A stretch of DNA of 64,000 nucleotides from Sphingosinicella sp. (GCA_052388015.1 JBQTIN010000041.1); one strand, 5' to 3'. Positions 47,739-58,832 are shown, counted from the stretch's first letter. Translations and numbers: made by a program. The notes: generated by a model from the sequence alone, not told the origin.

Positions 47739-48320
47739 CTAGCCGCCGCCGACCCAGGCGGCGACCTGTTCGGCCGCCTGGTTCGCGGCCTGATTGAGCG
47801 CAGGGGCAACCGCGGCCGGCGTGGCTTCGGCGACCGGCACCCTGGCCTCGAAGCGATTGGTGACGATCCCGGCCCCACGCGGCATCGTCGCGTCATAGAC
47901 GACGACCGCTTCCATCCGCGCCGGATCGAGCCCGAAGCGGTGCAGCTGGCCGGTGATCCGCGTTCCGGGGTCTTGCGAATATTGGCGCGCGTCGAGCACG
48001 ACGCGCCCGGTCCTCACCGCGATCGTCTCGCCGAGCAGCCGCCCGAACAGCACGCCGGGATTCTCGACCCAGGCCGCGTCTTCCAGATACTGGATCGTCG
48101 TGTCGCTGACATAGACCGGGATTCGCGTCGTCCTCAGCGCCTGCGGCACGGTCGGGTCGACGACGGTGATCGCCGCGCCCTGGCCTGCGCTTTGCGGGCT
48201 CGCGGCGGGCCGGCTCTGGCTCGGCGTCAGGGTGAGCAGCTGGCTCGGCGCGCCGCCGCCGAAGCAGCCGGCGAGCGCGAGCAAGGCCGCGGCGGGAAGA
48301 GCCAAGCGAATAGGCATCAT
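47739..48320 (-). CDS. ABC-type transport auxiliary lipoprotein (PqiC-like)
   Basis: LAGC lipobox; last gene of the MCE operon. Confidence 0.85.
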   Translation of the reverse strand: MMPIRLALPAAALLALAGCFGGGAPSQLLTLTPSQSRPAASPQSAGQGAAITVVDPTVPQALRTTRIPVYVSDTTIQYLEDAAWVENPGVLFGRLLGETIAVRTGRVVLDARQYSQDPGTRITGQLHRFGLDPARMEAVVVYDATMPRGAGIVTNRFEARVPVAEATPAAVAPALNQAANQAAEQVAAWVGGG

Positions 48321-49315
48321 CGTCCTCGTCTCCCGGGCCGGTAGTTCGGCAGGCGCGGGCCGCCGATGACGCCGCCGACACCCTGCTGGTTCAAGCGATC
48401 GGTGATTTCGCGCAGCGATTCGCTCGTTGCGCGCAGATCGCGGGTGAGCTGGCCCACCTCAGGCAGCGTCTGGTTCGAGAAAGCGCGCAGACCTGGCCTC
48501 GCGTCGCTGATCGCGGCCTGCATTTCCTGAATCGATCGGTCGGCCGTGCTCAGCGTCCGGCGCAGATCGGCGACCAGCGGGCGCCCGTCGCGGTCGAGCA
48601 TCTGCTGGGTGCTCCCCGCAAGCTGGCCGATCTGTTCAGCCGCAGCGCCCGCCTGACGGATCGCGGTCCGCGCCTCGGCGAGGGTCGCGGCGATCTCCGG
48701 CGACCGCTCGGCGAGGTTGCGGCTGACCTCCTCGAGATTGTCGAGAATGCCGGCGATCGATTCCTGGTTGCGGTCGGTGAGCAAGGCGGTGAGCCGTTCG
48801 GTCAGGCGCGAGACCCGTTCGAGCAATTCCGGCGCGCTGTTGAGCAGGGCCGCGATGCCGCCCGCCCGGGTCGGGATTACCGGATGGCCATAAGGGCATT
48901 CGGATTGCGGGTTCTGCTCGGGACAACGGATTTCCTCGCGCGCCGCCGTCCGCGCGTCGGCCTGCTGCTCGGGCGGATCGAGCTGGATCTGCGAGACGCC
49001 GGTGAAGCCGACGCCGCGGATCGTCGCCGTGGTGCCCTGCAGGATCGGCGTGTCCTCACTCACGGAAACACGCACCCGGATGAATTGGGGGCTGTTCGGC
49101 TCGAGGTTGATCGATTCGATCTGGCCGACGGGGACGCCGCGGAAGGTGACGCCCGAGCCTTTGGCGAGGCCCTCGACCGATTGCTGGAAGAAGACGTCAT
49201 AGGTCTTCTGCCCGCCCTCGCCCAACGAGGTCAGCCAGATCGCGAACACCACCAAGGCGGCGATCAGGCCCAGCACGATGCTGCCGACCAGCACCTGGTT
49301 TGAACGCGTCTCCAT
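48317..49315 (-). CDS. MlaD/MCE-family protein
   Basis: METRSN, VEGLAKGSGVTFRGVPVG, helical C-terminus. Confidence 0.92.
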   Translation of the reverse strand: METRSNQVLVGSIVLGLIAALVVFAIWLTSLGEGGQKTYDVFFQQSVEGLAKGSGVTFRGVPVGQIESINLEPNSPQFIRVRVSVSEDTPILQGTTATIRGVGFTGVSQIQLDPPEQQADARTAAREEIRCPEQNPQSECPYGHPVIPTRAGGIAALLNSAPELLERVSRLTERLTALLTDRNQESIAGILDNLEEVSRNLAERSPEIAATLAEARTAIRQAGAAAEQIGQLAGSTQQMLDRDGRPLVADLRRTLSTADRSIQEMQAAISDARPGLRAFSNQTLPEVGQLTRDLRATSESLREITDRLNQQGVGGVIGGPRLPNYRPGRRGR

Positions 49316-50115
49316 CAGGCCTCGACTTCCTGGTGCTTACTGAGCCCCGCCGCGGCGGCCCGGCCGCGCGGCCCGTTGAAATAATCCTGTATCCATTTGT
49401 GGTCCAACGCCAGCAATTCCGGGATCGTGCCGACCGCGATCACCTTCTTGTCGGCGAGCACCGCGACCCGGTCGCAGATCGCATGCAAGGTATCGAGATC
49501 GTGGGTGATCAGGAAGACCGTGAGGCCGAGAGCGTCGGAAAGCTCGCGGATCAGTTCGTCGAAGGCGGCGGCGCCGATCGGGTCCAGGCCGGCGGTCGGC
49601 TCGTCGAGGAACAGCAATTCGGGATCGAGGCTGAGCGCCCGGGCGACGCCGGCGCGCTTGCGCATGCCTCCGGATAGCTCGGACGGATATTTCTCCCCCG
49701 CGCTCGCCGGCAGGCCGCTCATCAGGATCTTGTAGCCAGCAATCTCGCGCAGCAGCTCGTCGTCGACGCCGGGGAAGAATTCGCGGATCGGAACCTCGAT
49801 ATTCTCGGCGACGGTGAGGGTGGAAAAGAGCGCGCCGCCCTGAAACAGCACGCCCCAGCGGCGGCGGACATGCTTCGCGTCGTCCTCGTCGCGGCCCACC
49901 ATCGGGACGCCGAATACCTCGATCTCACCGGCGAGCGGGGTCTGGAGGCCGATGATCGAGCGCATCAGCACCGATTTGCCTGTGCCCGATCCGCCCACGA
50001 CGCCGAGCACCTCGCCGCGCCTGACGTCGAGATCGAGCCCGTCATGAACGATCTGGTCGCCGAAGCCGTTTTTCAGACCCCGGACACAGATGATCGCTTC
50101 CTCGTCCGCCGCCAT
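49315..50115 (-). CDS. MlaF-like ABC ATPase
   Basis: GGSGTGKS, LSGGM, LDEPTAGLD. Confidence 0.95.
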   Translation of the reverse strand: MAADEEAIICVRGLKNGFGDQIVHDGLDLDVRRGEVLGVVGGSGTGKSVLMRSIIGLQTPLAGEIEVFGVPMVGRDEDDAKHVRRRWGVLFQGGALFSTLTVAENIEVPIREFFPGVDDELLREIAGYKILMSGLPASAGEKYPSELSGGMRKRAGVARALSLDPELLFLDEPTAGLDPIGAAAFDELIRELSDALGLTVFLITHDLDTLHAICDRVAVLADKKVIAVGTIPELLALDHKWIQDYFNGPRGRAAAAGLSKHQEVEA

Positions 50116-51218
50116 CAGGTGAAGCCGATCGCGGTGAAGAAGACGGCGAAGAAGGCGTCGAGGACGATCACCAGAAAGATGCCCTGAACGACCGCGGTTG
50201 TGGTTCGAAGGCCGACCTCCTCGGCATTGCCCTTGACCTGCAGCCCCTGATAGCAGCCGGCCATCGCGATGATCATGCCGAACACCGGCGCCTTGATCAG
50301 CGTCTGCAAGAGGTCCTCCATCGGCACGACCTCGCGGATGCGCTGGATGAAGGTGATCGGCGGGATTCCGAGGCTGAGCCAGCAGAAGATGCCGCCGCCG
50401 GCGATGGCAAGGATCGCGGCGTAGAAGCCGAGCAATGGCATCATCAGCACGGTGGCCAGCACCCGCGGGATGACCAACGCCTCCATCGGCGACACGCCGA
50501 TGGTGCGCATCGCATCCACTTCCTCATTCAGCTTCATCGTGCCCAATTGGGCGGCGAAGGCGGAGCCGGAGCGGCCGGCGACCATGATCGCCGTCATCAG
50601 CACGCCCAGCTCCTTCATCGCCGAGCGACCGACCAGATTGATGGTAAACACCTCGGCGCCGAACTGGCGCAGCTGCACAGCGCCCTGCTGGGCGATGACG
50701 ATGCCGACCAGGAAGCTCATCAGACCGATGATGCCGAGCGCATGGACGCCGACCACCTCGAAGCGCATCACCACCGCGTTGAAGCGGAAGCGGCGCGGGT
50801 GGCGCATGATCCCCCAGAGCGAGATGCAAAGCTGGCCGAAGAAGCCAAGCAGGCCAAGCATGGTTTGGGCGGCGAGCTGGGTCGCGCCTCCAACCCGGCC
50901 GACGATCTCCTCGATCACCGGCTCCTCGTCCTCCTCGGTCGGTATCGGCCGGTCGGCCTTGGCGACCTGGTCGATCAGCGATTGCTGATCCGCGGTCGCG
51001 TTGATCACGGTCGCGCCGCGGTCGCGCACCAGCTTGTGGATCAGCCAGGCGCCGACCGTGTCCATCGCGTCGACCTCGGCGAGATCGACGGTGATCCGCT
51101 CGGCGGTGATCTCGTCGATCTCCTCGCTCAGCCGGCGCGCGCGCAGCAGCGACAGGTTGCCGCGAAACCGCAGCACGCACGCGTCGTTCTCCATGCTCGG
51201 GCTGAGCTCGGTCATCAC
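50115..51218 (-). CDS. MlaE-family permease with an N-terminal STAS domain
   Basis: MDTVGAW, AGRSGSAFAAQLGTMK, TTTAVVQ. Confidence 0.93.
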   Translation of the reverse strand: MMTELSPSMENDACVLRFRGNLSLLRARRLSEEIDEITAERITVDLAEVDAMDTVGAWLIHKLVRDRGATVINATADQQSLIDQVAKADRPIPTEEDEEPVIEEIVGRVGGATQLAAQTMLGLLGFFGQLCISLWGIMRHPRRFRFNAVVMRFEVVGVHALGIIGLMSFLVGIVIAQQGAVQLRQFGAEVFTINLVGRSAMKELGVLMTAIMVAGRSGSAFAAQLGTMKLNEEVDAMRTIGVSPMEALVIPRVLATVLMMPLLGFYAAILAIAGGGIFCWLSLGIPPITFIQRIREVVPMEDLLQTLIKAPVFGMIIAMAGCYQGLQVKGNAEEVGLRTTTAVVQGIFLVIVLDAFFAVFFTAIGFT

Positions 51219-51278
51219 CTTGACCGTGCTTCAAAAAGGGGCGAGCGGCAAGGAGGGATGGTGAGGAGCGACGCTTCG

Positions 51279-51983
51279 ATGTCCGTGCGGCAAACCTTGA
51301 TCCAGGCGCTGGCGATCTACGACATGGACCGGACGGTGACCCGCGGGCCGACCTATGGCCCATTCCTGTGGTTTGCGATGACCCGGCTGGCGCCGTGGCG
51401 CGCGCTGCTCGCGCCGATTTCGTTGCTCACCACGATCCTTTACGGCCTGCGGATCATCGATCGCGGGCGATTGAAGGAATGGAATTACCGGCTGCTGATC
51501 GGCCGGCCGCGGCCCGAACGGCTCGAGCCGGTCGTGCAGCGCTTCGCCGAACGGCAGGTGGCGACCAACATTCTTACCGGCGCCCGCGCCCGCCTGGCCG
51601 AGGACAAAGCCGCTGGCCGCCGGTTGGTGATGGCGACCGCGTCCTACGGCCTTTACGCGGCGGCGATCGCCAAACGGCTCGGCTTCGACGACGTGATCGC
51701 CACGGAGACGCTGCCCGACAGCGAGGGCCGGATCGTCGCCAGGATTTCCGGCGCGAACTGCTACGGCCTCGGCAAGCTCGACATGATCGAGGCCTGGCTC
51801 CAGCGCGAGGGGCTGGAGCGTGCGGCGGTCCACATCCGCTTCTATTCGGACCATGTCTCCGACGCGCCCGTCCATGCCTGGTCGGACGAGGCCTTCGCGA
51901 CCAACCCGCACAACCGCCTCGCCCGCGTCGCACGCGACGCGGGCTGGGAAGTGCTGGAATGGCGCGACCGCCGGCGGGCCTAA
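51279..51983 (+). CDS. HAD-IB family hydrolase
   Basis: DMDRT, TAS, GLGK, YSDHVSD. Confidence 0.88.
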   Translation: MSVRQTLIQALAIYDMDRTVTRGPTYGPFLWFAMTRLAPWRALLAPISLLTTILYGLRIIDRGRLKEWNYRLLIGRPRPERLEPVVQRFAERQVATNILTGARARLAEDKAAGRRLVMATASYGLYAAAIAKRLGFDDVIATETLPDSEGRIVARISGANCYGLGKLDMIEAWLQREGLERAAVHIRFYSDHVSDAPVHAWSDEAFATNPHNRLARVARDAGWEVLEWRDRRRA

Positions 51984-53290
51984 ACCGCGTTCAGCGCCTG
52001 ATCGAAATCGGCGATCAGATCGTCCGGATCCTCGACCCCGATCGAGACGCGGACCAGATTGTCGGTAATGCCCATCTCGGCCTTGCGCTCGGGCGGCACT
52101 GAAAGGTGCGTCATCGCCGCCGGGCAGCTCGCCAATGTCTCGGTGCCGCCGAGGCTGACCGCGAGATGGGCGATCTGGAGCGCGTCGAGGAAGGCGAAGC
52201 TCTCCCGCTCGCCGCCCTTGAGATAGAGTGAGAAGGTGGAGCCCGCGCCGGTGCAATGGCGGCGATAAATGTCGGCCTGCCGCCCCTCGGTGAGGAAGCC
52301 GAGATAGCCGACGCTCTCCACCTTGGGATGATCGCGAAGGAAGGCGCAGACCTTGGCGGCGTTCTCGCCCGCCCTGGTCATGCGCAGCTCCAGCGTCTCG
52401 AGGCTGCGCAGCAGCATCCAGGCGGTGTTGGGATCGGTGATCGTGCCGATCGTGTTCCTCAGCATCCGGATCTGGTTGATCAGCTCCTTCGACCCGGTGA
52501 TCCCGCCGGCGACAAGATCGGAATGGCCGCCCGCATATTTGGTCAGGCTGTAGACCGACAGGTCCGCGCCATGCCGCAGTGGCTGGTGCCACAGCGGCCC
52601 GAGGAAGGTGTTGTCGATCGCGATCGGCGGGCGCTCGCCGACGGCGAAGAGCGCGTCGCGCACCCGGGCAACAGCCTGCACGTCGACCAGGGCATTGGTC
52701 GGATTGGCCGGGCTTTCGAGATAGATCAGCGGCACGCGGCCTTTGGCCCTCGCCTGCTCGACGACGGCGGCGATCTCCTCCTCGGTCGCGCCGGCGGGGA
52801 AATCGAGCCAGCTGATCCCGAACCGGCCGAGGATGCGGGCGATCAGGGTTTCGGTCGCGGCGTAGAGCGGGCCCGAATGGACGACGATGTCGCCCGGCTG
52901 GACGAAGGCGAGCAGCAGCGTCGAGATCGCCGACATGCCCGACGAGAAGGTGAGCGCGTCCTCCGCATCCTCCCAGACGCTCAGGCGGTCCTCGAGGATT
53001 TCCTGATTGGGGCCGTTGAAGCGCGAATAGATCAGGCCCTCGGCGCCGCCCGGGCGCTTGCCGGTGACGCCTTCGAAATGGTGTTTGCCCGCCGCCGCAT
53101 TCTCGAAAACGAAGGTCGAGGTGAGGAAGATCGGCGGCTTCAGCGAGCCCTCGGATAGAGCCGGATCGAAGCCATGGCCCATCATCAGGGTCGACGGCTT
53201 CAGCCGCCGGCCGCCGATTTCGAGCACGTCGGCCTTGGGGCGGCGGCGCGGGGTGCCGCCGGTGAGATCGGATTCGTCCTGCATATTCAT
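51980..53290 (-). CDS. Cystathionine gamma-synthase / methionine gamma-lyase family PLP enzyme
   Basis: YSRF, SGMSAI, ESPANPT, SLTKYAGGHSD, VSLGG. Confidence 0.92.
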   Translation of the reverse strand: MNMQDESDLTGGTPRRRPKADVLEIGGRRLKPSTLMMGHGFDPALSEGSLKPPIFLTSTFVFENAAAGKHHFEGVTGKRPGGAEGLIYSRFNGPNQEILEDRLSVWEDAEDALTFSSGMSAISTLLLAFVQPGDIVVHSGPLYAATETLIARILGRFGISWLDFPAGATEEEIAAVVEQARAKGRVPLIYLESPANPTNALVDVQAVARVRDALFAVGERPPIAIDNTFLGPLWHQPLRHGADLSVYSLTKYAGGHSDLVAGGITGSKELINQIRMLRNTIGTITDPNTAWMLLRSLETLELRMTRAGENAAKVCAFLRDHPKVESVGYLGFLTEGRQADIYRRHCTGAGSTFSLYLKGGERESFAFLDALQIAHLAVSLGGTETLASCPAAMTHLSVPPERKAEMGITDNLVRVSIGVEDPDDLIADFDQALNAV

Positions 53291-53350
53291 GTCTCCTCTG
53301 GCGCAAACTCTGCGTGGAGACCGAGCCCGCCGTCAGGAGACGGGGCTCAA
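53291..53350 (-). ncRNA. Candidate SAM-SAH-like riboswitch
   Basis: Minus strand GAGCCC...GUCUCCUGACG...GGGCUC hairpin; loop GUCUCCU is complementary to the RBS AGGAGAC. Confidence 0.55.
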
Positions 53351-53424
53351 GGCCGCTCTTTCCGAGCGGCCCAGGGGTGAGGTCCGTTGCCCGGCCGCGC
53401 TTTAGCGAGCCGGCGCGCCGCTCG

Positions 53425-54189
53425 CTAGCCCGGAAGCGCGATCAAGGAGAGCTGGCGGCCGTAGGTCGGCTCGCTGTTGTGGGTGGCGCGGCGGAAACTG
53501 AAGAAGCGATCCGAATCGGCATAGGTGTCGAGGCCGAGCGCCTCGGCCCGCGTCACGCCTGCTTCGGCCAGCCGCGACAGGACATAGGCCTCGAGATCGA
53601 ACTGGTGATGATCTTCGCGGCCGGGGGCGAAGAAGCGCTCATTTTCCGGCTCGGCCTCGACGAAGCGGCGGAGGAAGTCTTCGTCGACCTCATAGCTCTT
53701 GCGAGCGATGCACGGCCCGACCGCGGCGGCGATCCGGCTCCGGTCCGCGCCCAGCTTTTCCATCGCCGCCACCGTCGCGCCGATCACGCCGGCGAACGCG
53801 CCCTTCCAACCGGCATGGGTGGCACCGATCACGCCGGCGTCGCGGTCGGCGAGCAGGACCGGCGCGCAATCGGCGGTAACGATGCCGAGCGCGAGACCGG
53901 GACGGTCGGTGACCAAGGCATCGGCCTTGGGGCGGGCGTCGTCAGGCCAGGGCGCGGTCGCGACCACGACCTCGGCGGAATGAATCTGATGGCCCGTGAC
54001 CAAGGCTGCTCCCGGCGCAACCGCTTCAATAGCGCGGCGGCGGTTCTCGATGACCGCGTCGCGTCCGTCATCCGCGCCGAAGCCGGTGTTGAGCCCTTCG
54101 CAATGGCCGGTCGAAACGCCGCCAGGCCGGCCGAGGAAGCCGTGCGGCACGCCGGCGAGCGCATCGGCATGGATCACTTCGACCTTCAA
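53425..54189 (-). CDS. pgeF: Peptidoglycan editing factor / purine nucleoside phosphorylase (YfiH family)
   Basis: HQIHS, TADCAPV, HAGWKG, FFSFRR; TTG start overlaps the upstream TGA. Confidence 0.9.
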   Translation of the reverse strand: MKVEVIHADALAGVPHGFLGRPGGVSTGHCEGLNTGFGADDGRDAVIENRRRAIEAVAPGAALVTGHQIHSAEVVVATAPWPDDARPKADALVTDRPGLALGIVTADCAPVLLADRDAGVIGATHAGWKGAFAGVIGATVAAMEKLGADRSRIAAAVGPCIARKSYEVDEDFLRRFVEAEPENERFFAPGREDHHQFDLEAYVLSRLAEAGVTRAEALGLDTYADSDRFFSFRRATHNSEPTYGRQLSLIALPG

Positions 54190-54698
54190 AGGCCGAGCCT
54201 CATCACCGGATCCTGATAGGCGCGGCTGCCGAGTTGAAATGGCGCCACGCCGATCTGCACGAAGCCGCGTCGCGCATAGAAAGCGATGGCGCGCGCGCCT
54301 TGCTCCCAGACGCTGAGATAGATCGCTGGGGCGCCCTCGGAACGGGCTGTTTCGATGGCCGAGTCCATCAAAACGGCCGCAACGCCGGCGCCCTGCCAGA
54401 GCCCCAGCACGTAGAGCTGTTTCACCTCGAGCGCGCCCGGCTCGTGCGGGACCGGCAGGCTCATCGGCGCGAGCTTCAGATAGGCGGCGATCTCGCCGTT
54501 CTCTTCGGCCATGCGGACGCGCAGATCGGGATCGTGCAGCTCGGCGGACAGGCCCTCCGGCCCGAACATGCGCCCGAGATGCAGCGTCATGTCGTCGGGC
54601 GGAAAATGCGGGCCGAAGGTTTCGACGAAGCAACGCCTGCCCATGTCGGCCAGCGCCGGGCCGTCGGCGATGGCGGCGTCGCGATAGGTGACGCTCAT
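54186..54698 (-). CDS. GNAT acetyltransferase
   Basis: QLYVL..WQGAGVA, AIAFYARRGF. Confidence 0.9.
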   Translation of the reverse strand: MSVTYRDAAIADGPALADMGRRCFVETFGPHFPPDDMTLHLGRMFGPEGLSAELHDPDLRVRMAEENGEIAAYLKLAPMSLPVPHEPGALEVKQLYVLGLWQGAGVAAVLMDSAIETARSEGAPAIYLSVWEQGARAIAFYARRGFVQIGVAPFQLGSRAYQDPVMRLGL

Positions 54699-55207
54699 AA
54701 TGCCCGCCGCATGACGATGTCCTCATCGGCATGGGTGCCGACCATGAAGTCGTAGCGCCCGACCGGCTCGAAGCCCTGTTTGTCGTAGAAGCGGCGGGCG
54801 CGGTGATTGTCGATGAAGACGGAAAGATAGATATGGGCCGCGCCGCGCCGCCGCGCCTCGGCCAGCGTCCAGTCCATCATCGCCAGCGCGAGGCCGGCGC
54901 CTTGCCAGGGCTTCAGGATGTAGAATTGACGAAGCTCGATACTGTCTTTCGGCGGCGTGAAGGGAAGCGAGGGCGGGCCGAGCTTCACATAAGCGGCGTT
55001 GATTCCGTCGACGAAGCCGAGCCGCACCGCGTAACGCGGATCAGACAATTCCTGCCGCCAATTCTCCTCTTCGTGGATTTCGAGGAAGGCGGTGAGATTT
55101 TCCGGCGTGTAGAGGTGACCGAACGTTTCGATGAAGCTCTCGCGCCCGATCGCCGCCAACGTCGCCGCGTCATCCGGGCCCGCATTGCGCCAGAGGATGT
55201 CGCTCAT
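54695..55207 (-). CDS. GNAT acetyltransferase
   Basis: QFYIL..WQGAGLA, ARRFYDKQGF. Confidence 0.9.
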   Translation of the reverse strand: MSDILWRNAGPDDAATLAAIGRESFIETFGHLYTPENLTAFLEIHEEENWRQELSDPRYAVRLGFVDGINAAYVKLGPPSLPFTPPKDSIELRQFYILKPWQGAGLALAMMDWTLAEARRRGAAHIYLSVFIDNHRARRFYDKQGFEPVGRYDFMVGTHADEDIVMRRAL

Positions 55208-56187
55208 GCGCCGAACCCCGCCGGGACGGGCCAATCGCGTGATGCGATCGCGAGAACCTTGAACAATTCGCCCATCTGACCGGGAGCGGTCAGCCGATGC
55301 CGCGCGCCGTCGATTTCGTCGGCCCGGTCTGGCGCCGCCTTGGCCAGCGCATCGGCGCGCGCGCCGATGCCGAGCGCCTCAAGCCATGGCCCCTGCGCGA
55401 CCGGGCCGCAGATACGAGCGCCCGCGCACTCGCCGGCATTTGCGAGCGCGGCGAAGCCCACATGGGCTGTCAGGTCGCGTGTTCCCGGCGCGCGCCACGG
55501 ATCGGCGAACGCATGGCGCGAGACGGCTTGCAGCGTGTCGCCGCTGCTCGGGCCCTTATAGCCGTAATCGACGATCAGCGCCGCGCCGCCTTGCTTCGAC
55601 AGGCGCTGTGCGAGATCCGCGACGATCGCCTCGGATGCCGAGGAAGCCTCCCGCACCACCGCGCCGCAGCGCATGAAGTGATCGTCGTCGGCCTCGATCT
55701 TGAGGGCTGCGCCGTCGCTGCCGAACTGCTCGACCGGAAGGGCATCGAAAAATTCGTTCGCGACGATCAGCAGCGGGCCATCCTGCGGCAGCGTCGCGAT
55801 ATTGTCGTGCCATGTTGCGGCCGGAACACGTTCGCCTTGCACGCGCCGCAACGCCGGGCTCGCCTCGACGAAGTGGACTTCGGGGTTCAGCCCGGCCTTG
55901 GCCATCGCTCTCAGAGCATCGCCGGCCAGTGTGCCGCGCCCCGGTCCCAGTTCAACAAACACGGCATTTGCGGACCGTCCGGCGCGCGCCCACAGGTCGC
56001 CCAGCCACGCCCCCACCAATTCGCCGAACATCTGGCTGATCTCCGGCGCGGTGATGAAGTCGCCGCTCCGCCCGAGCGGGTCGCGGCTCGCATAATAACG
56101 CGCGTTGCAGGCGGCCATATAGTCGGTGACGCTGATCGGCCCGTCTTGCTCGATCCGCGCTCGCAATTGCTTCTCAAGCGGGCTCAT
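55204..56187 (-). CDS. SAM-dependent methyltransferase (NDUFAF7/MidA family)
   Basis: [35 protein letters not shown]. Confidence 0.92.
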   Translation of the reverse strand: MSPLEKQLRARIEQDGPISVTDYMAACNARYYASRDPLGRSGDFITAPEISQMFGELVGAWLGDLWARAGRSANAVFVELGPGRGTLAGDALRAMAKAGLNPEVHFVEASPALRRVQGERVPAATWHDNIATLPQDGPLLIVANEFFDALPVEQFGSDGAALKIEADDDHFMRCGAVVREASSASEAIVADLAQRLSKQGGAALIVDYGYKGPSSGDTLQAVSRHAFADPWRAPGTRDLTAHVGFAALANAGECAGARICGPVAQGPWLEALGIGARADALAKAAPDRADEIDGARHRLTAPGQMGELFKVLAIASRDWPVPAGFGA

Positions 56188-57091
56188 CGGCGAGCTTGTC
56201 CTCGGCTGGCACTGCGCTCACGCGGCCCTCGCGCCGCTTCGCGGTGACGATCAGATAGAGGCCGCCCAGGATCATCGGCAGGCTCAGCCACTGGCCCATA
56301 TGCAGCCAGTAGTTGCGCGAGAACTCGACGAGATGCGTATCCGGCTCGCGGATGAACTCGACGAGGAAGCGGCTGAGGCCGTAGACGAGCAGGAAGGCGC
56401 CGACGAGCTTGCCGGGCTGATAGCGGGCACGGGTTTTCCAGAACATCCAGCCGAGCACCGCGAACAGCAGAATCCCCTCCAGCGCCGCCTCGTAGAGCTG
56501 GCTCGGGTGGCGGGCCGAGCCGACGATCTGGCAGGCGCCCGAACGGTCGAACGCCTCGCAGAAGCGCACCGCCCAGGGCACGTCGGTGACGCCGCCCCAC
56601 AGCTCGCTGTTCACGAAATTGGCGAGCCGGCCGAAGAACAGGCCGAAGGGGACGCAGCAGGCGACATAATCGTGGATGCGGAGCCAATCGAGCTTGTGCT
56701 GGCGCGCCATCCACAGGATGCCAAGCGACACGCCGATGACGCCGCCATGGAAGGACATGCCGCCGTCCCACAGCCGCAGGATCGCAACTGGATCGGCGAA
56801 ATAGTCCATCGGCTTGTAGAACAGGACATAGCCGAGCCGGCCGCCGATGATGACGCCGAGCGTCGCGAAGAACACCATGTCGTCGGCGTGGCGCCGCGCC
56901 ATCGGCGCGCGCGGCTGATCGATCAGCTTCAGCAAATACCACCAGCCGAGGATGATGCCGGCGAGGTAAGCGAGGCTGTACCAGCGGAGCTGGAACCAGC
57001 CGAGATCGAGCGCGATCGGGCTGAGCCCCAGGTCGCGATAGCTGATCGCATCCGCTGCCGTCGCCAGCATCATGGTGAACGCGTCGATCAA
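56174..57091 (-). CDS. lgt: Prolipoprotein diacylglyceryl transferase
   Basis: [29 protein letters not shown]; start inferred at TTG. Confidence 0.95.
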   Translation of the reverse strand: MIDAFTMMLATAADAISYRDLGLSPIALDLGWFQLRWYSLAYLAGIILGWWYLLKLIDQPRAPMARRHADDMVFFATLGVIIGGRLGYVLFYKPMDYFADPVAILRLWDGGMSFHGGVIGVSLGILWMARQHKLDWLRIHDYVACCVPFGLFFGRLANFVNSELWGGVTDVPWAVRFCEAFDRSGACQIVGSARHPSQLYEAALEGILLFAVLGWMFWKTRARYQPGKLVGAFLLVYGLSRFLVEFIREPDTHLVEFSRNYWLHMGQWLSLPMILGGLYLIVTAKRREGRVSAVPAEDKLADEPA

Positions 57092-57164
57092 GGCTTTCCC
57101 CTTCAGGTTCGCGCCTTCATAAGGAGGGGCGAAGAAAAGGCAAAGGCGAGGGAAAGCGGGAAGG

Positions 57165-58832
57165 ATGCCGAGCGAGCTCGACCGCAAATATGACGCGGTG
57201 CTGGCCGCCGTCACCGGCGAGGGCGGCCGCTTCGTCATCGCGCGCGACGCGGCTGGACGGGCGGTCGTCGCCAACCTGCCGGCGACGCTGCCGATCCTGT
57301 TCGACATTTTCTGCACGCTGGAAGGCGCGACCGAGGCGGTCGTCGCCGGCGACGAGCGGCTGACCTTCGCCGATCTCCATCGCCATGCCCAGAAGCTCGC
57401 GAAAGCGCTGGTCGGATCAGGCATCGAGAAGGGCGACCGGGTCGGCATCGCGATGCGCAACTGTCCGGCCTGGATCGTCTCCTACATGGCGATCCTCGAG
57501 GCGGGCGGGATCGCCACGTTGCTCAACGGCTGGTGGCAGGCGGACGAGATGCGCGACGCGCTCGAACTGGTCGAGCCGAAGCTGGTCATCGCCGACGAAG
57601 GTCGGGCGAAGCGGATCGAGGACGGCTGCGGCGGCTGCCGCGTCGTCTCGCTGCCGATCGAGCGGCCGCTCGCCGAGGCGCTCGCGCCCTTGATCGGCGG
57701 GCCGGAAGGGCCGCCGCCGCCGGTCGGACCAGACGACGACGCGACGATCCTGTTCACCTCGGGCTCGACCGGCCTCGCCAAGGGCGCCGTCTCCACTCAC
57801 CGCGCCGTCACCACCGGCATCTATGCCTATACGATCAGCCTCGCCGTGCTGCGCGGCATCCGCGAAGGCGCCGGCGAGACGGTCCCGGAGCCCAGGACCC
57901 TGGTCAACGTGCCTTTGTTCCACGTCACCGGCGAGGTGCCGGTGCTGCTGAACAGTTTCGTCATCGGCCGCACCATGGTGCTGATGCCGAAATGGGATGC
58001 GGGCGAGGCGCTCAGGCTGATCGAGAAAGAGAAGATCACCTATTTCGTCGGCGTGCCGACGATGAGCCTGGAGCTGATGCAGCATCCGGACCGCGGCAGA
58101 TACGACCTCTCGACGATGACCGACATCGCCGCCGGCGGCGCGCCGCGCCCGGTCGCACACGTCAAGCGGCTGGAAGACAGCTTCATCCACGCCCGCCCGG
58201 CGCTCGGCTACGGCCTCACCGAGACCAACGCCGTCGGCTGCGGCAACTTCTGGACCAATTATCACGACAAGCCGGCCTCGACCGGGCGGCCGCACGCGCC
58301 GATCGTTGAGCTGGCGATTCTGGGTGACGGCGACGCGCATCTCACTACAGGCGAGCGCGGCGAGATCGGGATAAGGTCCGCGGCCAATATCCGCGGCTAT
58401 TGGCGCAACGAGGCGGCGACCGAGGCGGCGTTCACCGCCGACGGCTATTTCCGCACCGGCGACATCGGCTATCTGGACGAAGACGGCTATCTCTTCATCG
58501 TCGACCGCAAGAAGGACATCATCATCCGGGGCGGCGAGAATATCAGCGCCGCCGAGGTCGAGGCGGCGATCTATTCCCACACCGCGGTGTCGGAAGCGGC
58601 GGTGTTCGGCATCGCCGATGAGCGGCTGGGGGAGGTCCCGGCGGCGGTGGTCTGGTGCGAGAAAGGGGGCGTCGATGCGGCGACGCTGGCGGCGTATCTC
58701 GAGGAAAACATCGCCAGCTTCAAGGTGCCGGAGCGAATCTGGATCTCGCCCGATCCGCTGCCCAAGCTCGGCACCGGCAAGATCGACAAGGTGCGGCTGC
58801 GCGAGCATTATCGCGCGCTGGCGGCGGCATGA
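57165..58832 (+). CDS. Class I adenylate-forming enzyme (acyl-CoA ligase)
   Basis: [28 protein letters not shown]. Confidence 0.93.
   Translation: MPSELDRKYDAVLAAVTGEGGRFVIARDAAGRAVVANLPATLPILFDIFCTLEGATEAVVAGDERLTFADLHRHAQKLAKALVGSGIEKGDRVGIAMRNCPAWIVSYMAILEAGGIATLLNGWWQADEMRDALELVEPKLVIADEGRAKRIEDGCGGCRVVSLPIERPLAEALAPLIGGPEGPPPPVGPDDDATILFTSGSTGLAKGAVSTHRAVTTGIYAYTISLAVLRGIREGAGETVPEPRTLVNVPLFHVTGEVPVLLNSFVIGRTMVLMPKWDAGEALRLIEKEKITYFVGVPTMSLELMQHPDRGRYDLSTMTDIAAGGAPRPVAHVKRLEDSFIHARPALGYGLTETNAVGCGNFWTNYHDKPASTGRPHAPIVELAILGDGDAHLTTGERGEIGIRSAANIRGYWRNEAATEAAFTADGYFRTGDIGYLDEDGYLFIVDRKKDIIIRGGENISAAEVEAAIYSHTAVSEAAVFGIADERLGEVPAAVVWCEKGGVDAATLAAYLEENIASFKVPERIWISPDPLPKLGTGKIDKVRLREHYRALAAA

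Noticed and set aside
53291-53400. Glycine riboswitch
   Set aside because: GGAGA and CAGG words lie on the strand opposite the gene, and the full aptamer pattern is absent.
53425-54732. 435-aa pgeF with a long N-terminal extension
   Set aside because: The extension overlaps the GNAT gene in another frame; a TTG at 54189 gives a normal-length protein.
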